A stretch of 64,000 nt of DNA from Candidatus Omnitrophota bacterium (GCA_016783555.1 JADHWH010000002.1:2037-66036); one strand, 5' to 3'. Positions 37,621-49,652 are shown, counted from the first letter of the stretch. A program made the numbers and translations. Notes: a model not told the origin generated them from the sequence alone.

Positions 37621-38726
37621 AGGGGATAATCACTTTTAATGAAAAAGGCGCGGCGCTATTGTTCACCTTTATGATAATGGCAACGCTTGTCATATTTACG
37701 GTCTTCTTTCTATTTATGACATCGACGCAACTAAGACGCTCGGCTTTTGATAAACAGGGCTCCCAGGCGCTATGGATAGCCGAAGGGGGGCTGCAGCGAT
37801 ATATATATCTTCTTAGCGACGGGACATATGATAGCGGCAATCATCCGGATTTAAGCGATAGCATATCGGTAGACGGCACGACAATCGGAGATTATGAGGT
37901 AACATCCACTTATAATGCGGGGACGAGTACCTTTACCATTACCTCGACCGGGACAGTAGGGGTCGTGGATAGAGAGGTAGCGCAGGACGTTACAGTAACG
38001 ACAACGGAAGCTATTCTGACCCGGGCCATACATTCCGACGGAAGCCTATTAGATTTTGAAGGGTCCGACGGAACCATAAACGGAGATATGAGCTGCCATG
38101 TTCAGGTGGCCAATGAGGAGAGCCTGACATTGATAAACTGCACCATATATGAAGGTCTCGTCAAACTCAACCCTACGGTAGATTTCCCTACCTATGAGGT
38201 CCTCGCCGATGCGGTCGGCCAGTCTGTGACGATTAATCTTACGTTTGAAGACGCTACTTATGCGGGAGTATGGTACACAACGAAAAAGGCTACTATAGGT
38301 AATAACGCTACCATTAACGGCTCCGTCTTTGCCGAAGGGGCCATCGACTTTGTCAACAGCGCGACTAATATCACCATAAACCCCAACAATAATTATCCCG
38401 CACTCGCTACGCAGTCCAGCATTAGCAGTTCCGATACCGGCCCGCCTGCCGCAAGGACCGGCTTGAACGACGCTACTATAAACGGCATGGTCTATGCCTT
38501 GCAGAATATTACATTGGATTATATGAATAAGAATACTGCGAACAGCGTCACCATCGACGGCACTATAATCGCAGGAAGTAATATTACAATAAAGAACGGC
38601 ACCAATTTTACTATTATTTACAATGAAGATATTTATGATCCCATGCCGCCGGGCGTAGATCTCGGCGTCACGACAACGATCAATGTTACACCAAAAGATT
38701 GGGACGAGAATATCCCAGTCTCCTAG
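37617..38726 (+). CDS. PilX-like large minor pilin with beta-helix-like repeat domain (paralog of upstream gene)
   Basis: PilX_N-like N-terminus (EKGAALLFTFMIMATLVIF...STQLRRSAF); C-terminal repeats share YPAL...TINGMVYA...TIDGTIIAG with the upstream gene; ATGA overlap. Confidence 0.55.
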   Translation: MKGIITFNEKGAALLFTFMIMATLVIFTVFFLFMTSTQLRRSAFDKQGSQALWIAEGGLQRYIYLLSDGTYDSGNHPDLSDSISVDGTTIGDYEVTSTYNAGTSTFTITSTGTVGVVDREVAQDVTVTTTEAILTRAIHSDGSLLDFEGSDGTINGDMSCHVQVANEESLTLINCTIYEGLVKLNPTVDFPTYEVLADAVGQSVTINLTFEDATYAGVWYTTKKATIGNNATINGSVFAEGAIDFVNSATNITINPNNNYPALATQSSISSSDTGPPAARTGLNDATINGMVYALQNITLDYMNKNTANSVTIDGTIIAGSNITIKNGTNFTIIYNEDIYDPMPPGVDLGVTTTINVTPKDWDENIPVS

Positions 38727-38735
38727 AGATTACTT

Positions 38736-40325
38736 ATGGGAATATTTAAGAAAGATTATATTGTAGGACTGGATATAGGTAGTTCCTCGATAAAGCTGGC
38801 TCAATTTGTAAAGAGGCAGGATGGCCTCTATCTTGTAAAAGCCGATTTAAAAGAGATTAAAACCACTGGTAATGATACCCTTGATGAGGGGATAATAGTA
38901 GGTTCTCTTAATGAGTTTTTAAGGGATGTTAATATTAAGAGGTCTAAGTTTGTCGTTGCCATTAATTGCCCCAAGACATGCGTGAGGACAGTCGTTGTCC
39001 CTTACATGCCGAAGAATGAATTGCAGGAAGGGATAAGGCTTGCGGCAAAGAATTATTTTCCGTTTCCTGTGGATGATGTATTGATGGATTTTGAGATATT
39101 GGGCGAGATATTAGAAAAGGGCGTTAGGAAATACCAGTTGTCTGTGGCCGTATCGCCGAAGACGACCGTCGATAGATATATTGCTTTATTGCGCAAGGCC
39201 GGCATAAGGCCTTCTTTATTTATACCTCTCCCTTTGGCGCTGCAGAAGGTGATAGAGCGGGCATGCCCCGAGGAGAAAGATGTTAAGGCGGCGCTCGACA
39301 TAGGGGAGTGTTTTACGGAGCTGGCCATATTCACGGGCAAAAATTTAGTCTTCTGCCGTAAGATCCCGGTAGCGGGCAGCGATATTACCAGGGCGATGAC
39401 GGATGTCTTGGCTTCGGATATAGGAAAGACATCATTGTCCATGGAAGATGCAGAGAGGTTGAAGCGCGAGCATGGAATACCCAGGGAGGGCGACGCGAGG
39501 ATTATAGAAAATAAAATCTCCACACAACAGATCTTATCCATGGTAAGGCACCCGTTAGAAAATATGGCCAACGAGATAGATAGATGTTTTGATTATTACA
39601 GGGAAGAATCGGGCGGCGGAACGATAGATTCTATGCTGCTATTCGGAGGAGGGGCGTTTTTAAGAGGCCTGCCGGAGTTTCTAACTGAGGAACTTGGCAT
39701 AGAGGTCAAGCTCGGCAATCCTCTCAAAAACCTTAAGATCAAGACCGGCAAGGTAATTGAGAAGAAGGGCATATCCAACCGATTAGCGACGTCAATAGGC
39801 GCGGCTTTAAGTTTTGCTAAAGGGATGAACCTGCTTCCCGTAGAGGTAAAAGAAGAGACCAAGCGCACCGTTAAGCGCGTAACCGCGTTTGGTGCTGTTA
39901 CGGCAGTTATTCTCTCTTTGATTCTTTTGTATGTAGGCATGAAGATACAACTCACAGCTTTTCAAAGAAGGATCGGCGCTGCAAAGAGAGAGTATATAAG
40001 CATCATGCCTCAGCTTAAGCTGGCCGAGACGCAGGCGATGGCCGACAAGACATTGACAAACGAGCCTTATTGGGAAGACGTCTTTATGGAGATAAGCAAT
40101 GTTATACCAGGAAATATTTATCTTACGGAATTAAACATGAAGGATGGAGCTAAGGATGGAGCTATTGAGATAAAAGGGATTGTAGATATAGAAGAAGGCG
40201 AGGGAGTCCTTTCAGACTTTATCCTTGCCCTGGAAAAAGGGATATTTAAAAACGTAAAACTTATTACGACAAAAGATATAGAAGATACAAAAAGCAGGTT
40301 TGAGATAAAATGCAGGGCGGATTAA
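38736..40325 (+). CDS. PilM-PilN fusion protein (actin-like ATPase domain + TM + PilN domain)
   Basis: PilM N-terminus (GLDIGSSSIKLAQF) over about 350 aa, then TM helix (VTAFGAVTAVILSLILLYVGM) and a PilN-like periplasmic region. Confidence 0.75.
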   Translation: MGIFKKDYIVGLDIGSSSIKLAQFVKRQDGLYLVKADLKEIKTTGNDTLDEGIIVGSLNEFLRDVNIKRSKFVVAINCPKTCVRTVVVPYMPKNELQEGIRLAAKNYFPFPVDDVLMDFEILGEILEKGVRKYQLSVAVSPKTTVDRYIALLRKAGIRPSLFIPLPLALQKVIERACPEEKDVKAALDIGECFTELAIFTGKNLVFCRKIPVAGSDITRAMTDVLASDIGKTSLSMEDAERLKREHGIPREGDARIIENKISTQQILSMVRHPLENMANEIDRCFDYYREESGGGTIDSMLLFGGGAFLRGLPEFLTEELGIEVKLGNPLKNLKIKTGKVIEKKGISNRLATSIGAALSFAKGMNLLPVEVKEETKRTVKRVTAFGAVTAVILSLILLYVGMKIQLTAFQRRIGAAKREYISIMPQLKLAETQAMADKTLTNEPYWEDVFMEISNVIPGNIYLTELNMKDGAKDGAIEIKGIVDIEEGEGVLSDFILALEKGIFKNVKLITTKDIEDTKSRFEIKCRAD

Positions 40326-40326
40326 G

Positions 40327-40869
40327 ATGAGGCTTGAAAAAGATAAATTAAAAATGATTATAGCAGGCACTTCTTTAATTTGCGCTTTGGGGATATACCT
40401 CTTTTTATACAAACCCTTGGTAATAGACTTAAAGAAGGCATACCGGGAGAGCAGAAACTGGGAGATCAAGGTGCTCGATGCCCGGGGTTTTATTGAGTCT
40501 GTTAAGATAACGCGGGCCAAGAGCACGGTCCTGGCCGAAGAAGACATCTCGCTTGCAATAGACGAGCTTACCAGATTCGGCAGGTTAAAAAACGTCAATT
40601 ATATTTCTATGACGCCCAAAGAGGGCCGGAAGAAGAAACACTTACATTACCAGATATTACCTATCGAGATAGAGACGGAGTCCACTTATGAAGACTTGGG
40701 TGAATTCCTGGGTTCCCTCGATGAACTAGAGCACAGTTTAATCACAGTAGATAGTTTTAGAATCACTCCCCATAAGGCAAAGGAGATAAGCGACGAAGGT
40801 GATCTATCAAACATTAAATCAAAGTTGGTTATAAATATGTATCTTATAGGCAGAGTTTATGCAGAATAA
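40327..40869 (+). CDS. PilO-like pilus assembly protein
   Basis: N-terminal TM helix, coiled-coil and PilO-like periplasmic fold; operon position. Confidence 0.55.
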   Translation: MRLEKDKLKMIIAGTSLICALGIYLFLYKPLVIDLKKAYRESRNWEIKVLDARGFIESVKITRAKSTVLAEEDISLAIDELTRFGRLKNVNYISMTPKEGRKKKHLHYQILPIEIETESTYEDLGEFLGSLDELEHSLITVDSFRITPHKAKEISDEGDLSNIKSKLVINMYLIGRVYAE

Positions 40870-41275
40870 AAAATTAATAATACTGGTAATATTGATTATC
40901 GGGGCCATAGCCAGCCTGATATACGGCATAAACGCCCCGCCGAAAACAAAATATGGAGTCCAAAGAGCGCCGTCATCAGTTGAGGAAAGAATCGAGATGG
41001 CAAAGAGGACTATCTCGGTTAAGCGCAGGGCCAGGAAGACCGAATATACCGTATGGGGTAGAAACCCCTTTGTGCCGGAACTAACCCCGAAAGAGCGGCT
41101 TGTAAAGCTTACCCTAAACGGCATACTCTGGGATGAAGATTACCCCAGCGCTATATTAAATAAGAGCATTGTAAAGATAGGCGATGTTGTGGACGGAAAT
41201 ACCATTGTAGATATAGGGCCTGATAAGGTCATACTGAATGACGGGACAGGCGACTTCGAACTCAGACTGGAATAG
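40859..41275 (+). CDS. PilP-like lipoprotein/periplasmic pilus assembly protein
   Basis: TM/signal anchor, GRNPF motif (PilP RDPF-like), beta-rich C-terminus. Confidence 0.4.
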   Translation: MQNKKLIILVILIIGAIASLIYGINAPPKTKYGVQRAPSSVEERIEMAKRTISVKRRARKTEYTVWGRNPFVPELTPKERLVKLTLNGILWDEDYPSAILNKSIVKIGDVVDGNTIVDIGPDKVILNDGTGDFELRLE

Positions 41276-41307
41276 CTAGCCCCACAAGCCCTTATTTTTT
41301 ATAATAT

Positions 41308-41336
41308 TTGCCTAAGTTTTATGCATCTGGTATAAT
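41308..41336 (+). promoter_or_regulatory. sigma70-like promoter upstream of glnA (TTGCCT-17-TATAAT)
   Basis: -35 at 41308..41313, 17-nt spacer, -10 at 41331..41336, 27 nt before the glnA start. Confidence 0.4.
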
Positions 41337-41362
41337 TTTAACATTAAACTCGGAGGATTAAT

Positions 41363-44061
<2,699 letters not shown>

Positions 44062-44079
44062 CACTTTTAAGGAAAAGAC

Positions 44080-44107
44080 TTGACAAAAATTTTTTATATG
44101 TTATAAT
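44080..44107 (+). promoter_or_regulatory. consensus sigma70 promoter (TTGACA-16-TATAAT)
   Basis: Perfect -35 and -10 hexamers directly visible; about 35 nt upstream of a terminator hairpin. Confidence 0.45.
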
Positions 44108-44141
44108 TGTATTGACAGTGAAGTCATAGAAGGCGAAGCAG

Positions 44142-44168
44142 CCCCGAATTAAATTTCGGGGTTTTTTT
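44142..44168 (+). terminator. rho-independent terminator hairpin (CCCCGAA...TTCGGGG + T7)
   Basis: 7-bp GC-rich stem, 6-nt loop, TTTTTTT tail; 80 nt after the gdhA stop. Confidence 0.6.
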
Positions 44169-44281
44169 ATTTGTAGGCCTTTGTAGGGGCCTTAAGGGCA
44201 AAGATGCCTTTTTTGGATATCCTAATATTGCGATATCCGAAAAGGCTTTTATTTTTTAAAATCAAAAAAAGGAGGTAAAAA

Positions 44282-45871
44282 ATGAATTTACAACGGCCAA
44301 ACGCAAATGATGTCACGAGAACTTACAACCGTTCGAAAAACGTGGTACCTTGTTCCGGGTTGTGTTCGAGATGCCTTGAGACATGCAGGGGAAACTGCGA
44401 GATATTTAAGTCTTCATTCAGAGGAAGAGAGGTCATCTACCCGGGGCCTTTCGGAGAAGGCACTGCCGGGGCAGACAAAGATTACCCTGTGGATTACTCG
44501 CATCTAAACATTCAGGGTTATGCGCTTGGCGCCAAAGGTCTTCCTAAAGGTGTCAGGCCCAGCCCGGATTCCACAAAGTTTCCGGATGTTGATACGGAAA
44601 TCTCATATGGATGGAAGAGAAAGGTTAAGATGAAAGTGCCCATCTTTACGGGGGCGCTAGGGTCAACGGATGTAGCCAGAAAGAACTGGGATAATTTTGC
44701 AATAGGGGCGGCAATATCGGGGATAACGATTGTCTGCGGAGAGAATGTCTGCGGTATAGACCCCAAACTGGAATCGAATTCCAAGGGTAAGATTATAAAG
44801 GCACCCGACATGGATCATAGAATAGAGGTATACAAAAGATTCCATGAGGGCTATGGGGAGATGCTCGTCCAGATGAATGTGGAAGATACGCGCCTTGGAG
44901 TGGCGGAGTACGTCAGAAAAAAACATAAACTCGAATCGATAGAGCTTAAATGGGGCCAGGGCGCGAAGTGTATAGGCGGAGAGATAAAGGTCCGCTCACT
45001 TGAGAGGGCGCTGGAATTGCAAAGAAGAGGATACATAGTCACGCCTGACCCCAGTGTACATGCGAATCAGCAAGCGTTTAAAGACGGCGGGTTAAAAGAG
45101 TATGAGAGGCACTCAAGGCTCGGTTTTATATCAGAAGAGTCTTTTATTAAAGAAGTAGAGAGATTGAGGGAGATGGGCTTTAAGAGAATCACCTTAAAGA
45201 CCGGCGCCTATTCAATGCGTGAGCTTGCCATGGCTATTAAGTATGCGTCTATGGCAGAGATAGATTTACTGACTATAGACGGAGCCCCCGGCGGGACCGG
45301 CATGAGCCCATGGAGGATGATGGTCGAATGGGGAATCCCTACTTTTTACCTTGAATCCTTGAGTTATGAATTTTGCGAAAGGCTCTCCAGGAAGGGTATG
45401 AAGGTACCGGATATTGCCATCGCGGGCGGTTTTTCTTTAGAGGACCATCTCTTTAAGGCCATAGCGATGGGCGCGCCGTATGTAAAGGCGGTATGTATGG
45501 GCAGGGCCCTTATGATACCGGGTTTTGTGGGGAGAAATATAAGTGAGTGGATATCGAAGAACGACCTGCCCAAAAGCGTGCTGGAATTCGGCAGAAAGCC
45601 CAAAGAGATATTTGTCTGCTACGATGAGTTGGAAGATAAATACGGAAAGGATATGAAGAATATACCTCTCGGGGCTGTGGGGGTTTATACATTTACGCAG
45701 AGGATAAAGGTGGGATTGCAGCAGCTTATGGCGGGAAGCAGAAATTTCCGGATAGATACGATTTCGCGTCGAGACCTTATGTCTTTGACGGAAGAGGCAG
45801 CCAAGATCTCAGGTATCCCTTATGTGATGGACGCCTACCGCGAAGAGGCGGATAAGGTCCTTAAGGGGTAA
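44282..45871 (+). CDS. glutamate synthase-related protein (FMN-binding GltS domain, archaeal-type large subunit)
   Basis: N-terminal Cys cluster CSGLCSRCLETCRGNC; TIM-barrel FMN motifs (IDGAPGGTGMSP, AIAGGF). Confidence 0.8.
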   Translation: MNLQRPNANDVTRTYNRSKNVVPCSGLCSRCLETCRGNCEIFKSSFRGREVIYPGPFGEGTAGADKDYPVDYSHLNIQGYALGAKGLPKGVRPSPDSTKFPDVDTEISYGWKRKVKMKVPIFTGALGSTDVARKNWDNFAIGAAISGITIVCGENVCGIDPKLESNSKGKIIKAPDMDHRIEVYKRFHEGYGEMLVQMNVEDTRLGVAEYVRKKHKLESIELKWGQGAKCIGGEIKVRSLERALELQRRGYIVTPDPSVHANQQAFKDGGLKEYERHSRLGFISEESFIKEVERLREMGFKRITLKTGAYSMRELAMAIKYASMAEIDLLTIDGAPGGTGMSPWRMMVEWGIPTFYLESLSYEFCERLSRKGMKVPDIAIAGGFSLEDHLFKAIAMGAPYVKAVCMGRALMIPGFVGRNISEWISKNDLPKSVLEFGRKPKEIFVCYDELEDKYGKDMKNIPLGAVGVYTFTQRIKVGLQQLMAGSRNFRIDTISRRDLMSLTEEAAKISGIPYVMDAYREEADKVLKG

Positions 45872-45892
45872 TCCAACCTTAAGCAAAAGGGT

Positions 45893-46064
45893 AGAGGGGA
45901 CGTTTCACCTTGTTATTACTCCTTTATCCGTAAGCAGTTACGGTAGTAAGCGGTACACTTTTCGACAAAATGATTTAACCTGAAAAGATGTACCGGTTGA
46001 ATTTGTAACTTCTTACCATATAAGTAGTAATATAAGGGTGAAACGTCCCCTCTTTATTTTTTTG
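45893..46064 (+). terminator. long inverted repeat (17-bp perfect arms about 130 bp apart) followed by T-run
   Basis: AGAGGGGACGTTTCACC (45893..45909) pairs with GGTGAAACGTCCCCTCT (46037..46053), then TTTATTTTTTT. Contains nested hairpins. Confidence 0.4.
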
Positions 46065-46070
46065 TGGAAA

Positions 46071-46102
46071 TTGTAAACTAGAAATGATAAAATGGTTTAC
46101 AA
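46071..46102. promoter_or_regulatory. BirA-type bio operator (TTGTAAAC-N16-GTTTACAA)
   Basis: Half-sites match the canonical BirA operator consensus, directly upstream of and overlapping the bioB start. Confidence 0.55.
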
Positions 46103-47001
46103 TGGAAGTGTTAAAGACGTCCCTTACAGAGCTGATGGCTCAGGCCCATAAGATCAGGAAGGAATCGATAGGCGAGAAGCTTGAGCTCTGCAGTATAATA
46201 AACGCCAAATCCGGCCTCTGCGGCGAGGATTGTAAGTTCTGCGCGCAATCCTCCCGTCACAACGCCGACATATCTAAGTATCCCCTTAAAGGCAAGAATG
46301 AGATTGTGAGGGCCGCAGAGACTGCGAAGGATATCGGCGCCGGGAGATTCGGCATAGTAACGAGCGGAAACAAGCTTACCCCTAAAGAACTGGATGAGAT
46401 CGCAGGCGCGGTAAGAGATATAAAAAGGGATGTCGGAATAGCCGTATGCGGTTCATTAGGCGCGTTGAAGAAAGACGAATTGGCAGTCTTAAAAGACGCA
46501 GGCCTATCGCGCTATCACCATAATATAGAGACCTCACCCAATTTTTATTCAAAAATCGTAACGACTCACGGCTTTCAAGAGAGAATAAACACAATCAATG
46601 CCGCCAAAGAGAGAGGCCTTGAAGTCTGCTCAGGCGGCATAATAGGTATGGGCGAGACATGGCAGGACAGGATAGATATAGCGAACCTATTGATGGATCT
46701 GGATGTCGATTCTGTCCCTATTAATTTTCTCATTCCCATGAAAGGCACGCCGCTTGAATCTGCAGAGACTATCTCCTGTAACGATGCCATAAGGACGATA
46801 TCTATATTTAGAATTATCCTAAAAGAGAAGACCATAAAGATAGCAGCGGGAAGAGAGACCGTATTGAAAGATTCTCAAAAATTGGGATTCTTAGCCGGCG
46901 CGAACGGCATGCTCATCGGCGGATACCTCACAGTGAAGGGGAGAGACGTCGAAGCCGACCAGGAACTAATAAGAGAGATAAAGAGAGTATGGACAGAATA
47001 G
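46102..47001 (+). CDS. bioB: biotin synthase (radical SAM)
   Basis: CGEDCKFCAQS radical-SAM motif and 2Fe-2S ligands; start moved to ATG 46102 (MEVLKT...) because the track start lies inside the operator. Confidence 0.9.
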   Translation: MEVLKTSLTELMAQAHKIRKESIGEKLELCSIINAKSGLCGEDCKFCAQSSRHNADISKYPLKGKNEIVRAAETAKDIGAGRFGIVTSGNKLTPKELDEIAGAVRDIKRDVGIAVCGSLGALKKDELAVLKDAGLSRYHHNIETSPNFYSKIVTTHGFQERINTINAAKERGLEVCSGGIIGMGETWQDRIDIANLLMDLDVDSVPINFLIPMKGTPLESAETISCNDAIRTISIFRIILKEKTIKIAAGRETVLKDSQKLGFLAGANGMLIGGYLTVKGRDVEADQELIREIKRVWTE

Positions 47002-48143
47002 ATGAATTCTTGAAAGAGAGGAATACCAAAAATCTATTAAGGGTGCTACGTCCCGCAAGACAGAGGAATGAGGGTCTTATCTATTTTAAAGATAAGAGAT
47101 ATATAGATTTTTCATCGAATGACTATTTGGGGTTGTCGAACCACCCTAAGCTCAAAGAGGCATCGAAAAAAGCGACATATGAGTTTGGAACCAGTTCTTC
47201 CGCCTCGAGACTCTTAAGCGGGAGCTTAGAACTGCACAAGAGGCTGGAGGATAAGACAGCCGCGTTTAAAAAGAAAGAGAAGGCCTTAGTCTTTAATTCC
47301 GGCTATCAGGCCAACTTAGGCATAATAAGTTCTCTTTTTGGTAAAGACGATGTAATCTTTACCGATAGGTTGAGCCATGCCAGCATTATAGACGGGATCC
47401 TCTTATCGAAAAGTAGGTTTTTTAGGTTTAAGCACAATGATATGGGGCATCTCGAAGGGCTTCTTAAAAGGGAAAGAAGAAGATACAAGGAATCACTTAT
47501 CGTAACAGAGACGATATTCAGCATGGACGGGGATAGAGCCCCTCTTAGAGAACTCGTCCGGCTAAAGAAGAGATACGATTGTAAGCTGATGGTGGATGAG
47601 GCGCACGCAACGGGCATATTCGGCAGGAACGGAAGCGGTGTCGTTGAGGAAGAGGGTTTGGCGGAGGAGATAGATTTAATCATGGGGACTTTTAGCAAGG
47701 CGCTCGGCAGTTTCGGGGCGTATCTGGCGTCATCTAAAAAGATGGTCGATTACCTGGTGAATTCCTGCAGGAGTTTTATATACTCTACGGCCCTGCCACC
47801 GGGGGTAATAGCGGCAAATCTGGCGGGCCTGGAATTGATTAAAGAAGAGCCTTTTAGGAGAAGGACCCTTTTAGAGAATGCGGGATATTTTCGTAAGGGG
47901 CTGGAGAAATGCGGATTTGAGACGAAGGGCTCATCCCAGACAATCCCCCTTATTATAGGAGAGGCAAAGAAGACAATCGCGCTTGGCGAAAGGCTTCAAG
48001 AGAGAGGCTATTGGGCCCTGCCGATAAGACCGCCGACAGTTCCGGCCGGGGAGTCGAGACTAAGATTTTCATTGAACTATAACCACACAAAAGGGATATT
48101 AAAAAAATTTTTAGATGATATCTCGGAAGCCAAATCAGTTTAA
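46989..48143 (+). CDS. bioF: 8-amino-7-oxononanoate synthase
   Basis: PLP lysine motif GTFSKALG; class II aminotransferase fold. Confidence 0.85.
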   Translation: MDRIDEFLKERNTKNLLRVLRPARQRNEGLIYFKDKRYIDFSSNDYLGLSNHPKLKEASKKATYEFGTSSSASRLLSGSLELHKRLEDKTAAFKKKEKALVFNSGYQANLGIISSLFGKDDVIFTDRLSHASIIDGILLSKSRFFRFKHNDMGHLEGLLKRERRRYKESLIVTETIFSMDGDRAPLRELVRLKKRYDCKLMVDEAHATGIFGRNGSGVVEEEGLAEEIDLIMGTFSKALGSFGAYLASSKKMVDYLVNSCRSFIYSTALPPGVIAANLAGLELIKEEPFRRRTLLENAGYFRKGLEKCGFETKGSSQTIPLIIGEAKKTIALGERLQERGYWALPIRPPTVPAGESRLRFSLNYNHTKGILKKFLDDISEAKSV

Positions 48144-48171
48144 ATATGTAGAGAGAAGAAAGAGAGAGTCG

Positions 48172-48789
48172 ATGGCCTTAATTCCCGGCTGGGCGACCGA
48201 TTACAGGATATTCGACTCTCTGGATTTAGATTTTAATTATCTGGTACCTGTGGGCTTTTCCCCGGATAGCTTCGAAGAAGACCTCATCGAGGCGTTAAAA
48301 GAACATAATATTAAGAACCTCTCTCTATTCGGTTATTCCCTGGGAGGATTTCTGGCATCCCGCTTTGCATCAAGATACCCGGCCCTTATCGATGAGCTTA
48401 TCCTGGTAGGGATAAGAGTGAAGTACAATAAAGAGGAACTCGATATGGTAAGAGCGAGCTTAAGAAGAAGTAAGAAGGGGTATCTCTATAAATTCTATGC
48501 GCAGTCTTTTGTTAAGGAAGAAGAGATGCGCTATTTTAAGAAGAATCTGCTTAGATACTATCTGGAAGAGATGGATCTCGATTATTTATTAAGGACATTG
48601 GATTATTTAGGGACTTGCGAGTTTAAGCCGGAGGAGTTAAGAGAGGTAAGAAAGATAAAGATAGTACACGCGAGGGACGACAAGATCGCTCCTATTGAGG
48701 AGGCGTTCCGGATTAAGGCGGAGCTTCCCCAGGCAGAGATGATAACACTGAAAGACGGCGGCCACTCCCCATGGATAAAGAGGCTATAA
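48172..48789 (+). CDS. pimeloyl-ACP methyl ester esterase (BioH/BioG-type alpha/beta hydrolase)
   Basis: Nucleophile elbow GYSLGG, C-terminal DGGHSP (His of the triad); position in the bio operon. Confidence 0.6.
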   Translation: MALIPGWATDYRIFDSLDLDFNYLVPVGFSPDSFEEDLIEALKEHNIKNLSLFGYSLGGFLASRFASRYPALIDELILVGIRVKYNKEELDMVRASLRRSKKGYLYKFYAQSFVKEEEMRYFKKNLLRYYLEEMDLDYLLRTLDYLGTCEFKPEELREVRKIKIVHARDDKIAPIEEAFRIKAELPQAEMITLKDGGHSPWIKRL

Positions 48790-49535
48790 AGAAAAATTTT
48801 TCAAGATACGCGCGATCTTACGATACTTATTCCACGGTTCAGGATCACTGCGCGGCCGGGCTGATTGCAAAGATTAAATCCAACGGCTTCAGAAAGATCC
48901 TGGATATAGGCTGCGGCACCGGTAACTACACAAGGCTATTAAAGGAGAGGTATCCTCAAGCAAGCATTAAGGCGGTAGATATATCAGAAGAGATGGTTGA
49001 TGTAGCCAGGGAGAAACTAGACGGCCAAAGAGTGGATTTTCTTGTGAGAGACGCCGAAGCGATAGACTTAGATGATGAGTTCGATCTTATAAGCTCCAAT
49101 GTAAGTTTTCAATGGTTTGAGGATTTAAAGGATCCCCTGTCAAGATACAGCGGTCTACTTAAAGAAAGCGGCATTATAGCCTTTTCTCAATTCGGCCCAA
49201 AGACATTCTATGAGCTTAATAGCTCTTTAAGGATACTTTTTGGTAAAGACGTCTCAATAAGCGCGTATAATTTTGTAGAGAAAGACGAGATAGAGACCCT
49301 GCTTAAGCGCCATTTTAAGATGGTTGAGGCAGCTGAAGAGATATACAGAGAGAGCCACAATTCATTAAGAGAGCTCTTAACGAAGATAAGGTATACAGGC
49401 ACAAGGGGGCGGGGATTAAATAACGGGAACCTCTGGACTCCAAAGGTTATCAATAATCTTGAAGATATCTACAGAGAGAGGTTTAAAGGCATTACGGCAA
49501 CATATCAGGTATTTTACTTAAAAGGTGTAAAATGA
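48771..49535 (+). CDS. bioC: malonyl-ACP O-methyltransferase
   Basis: SAM motif ILDIGCGTGNYTRLL; bio operon context. Confidence 0.8.
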   Translation: MDKEAIKKNFSRYARSYDTYSTVQDHCAAGLIAKIKSNGFRKILDIGCGTGNYTRLLKERYPQASIKAVDISEEMVDVAREKLDGQRVDFLVRDAEAIDLDDEFDLISSNVSFQWFEDLKDPLSRYSGLLKESGIIAFSQFGPKTFYELNSSLRILFGKDVSISAYNFVEKDEIETLLKRHFKMVEAAEEIYRESHNSLRELLTKIRYTGTRGRGLNNGNLWTPKVINNLEDIYRERFKGITATYQVFYLKGVK

Positions 49536-49536
49536 G

Positions 49537-49652
49537 CCCCGTTAGACCTCTAACAAAGGCTAAGAGGGGATAACATTCAGGATTTGTAGCCCAGGTTTAA
49601 ACCTGGGCTACAAATCCGGGAGGAAATACAATTGATAGGAGGTCTAACGGGG
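49537..49652 (+). promoter_or_regulatory. intercistronic palindromic element that sequesters the SD and GTG start of bioD
   Basis: CCCCGTTAGACCTC (49537..49550) is complementary to GAGGTCTAACGGGG (49639..49652, overlaps SD GGAGG and the GTG start); inner perfect 32-bp palindrome at 49583..49614. Confidence 0.5.

Noticed and set aside
44307-44507. 66-aa ORF in an alternative frame at the start of the glutamate-synthase-domain gene
   Set aside because: Nested in a 529-aa ORF with a strong SD (AAAGGAGG) and recognisable domains.
46084-46101. Track start (46084) of bioB
   Set aside because: It lies inside the TTGTAAAC-N16-GTTTACAA BirA operator; the downstream in-frame ATG 46102 (MEVLKT...) matches BioB N-termini better.
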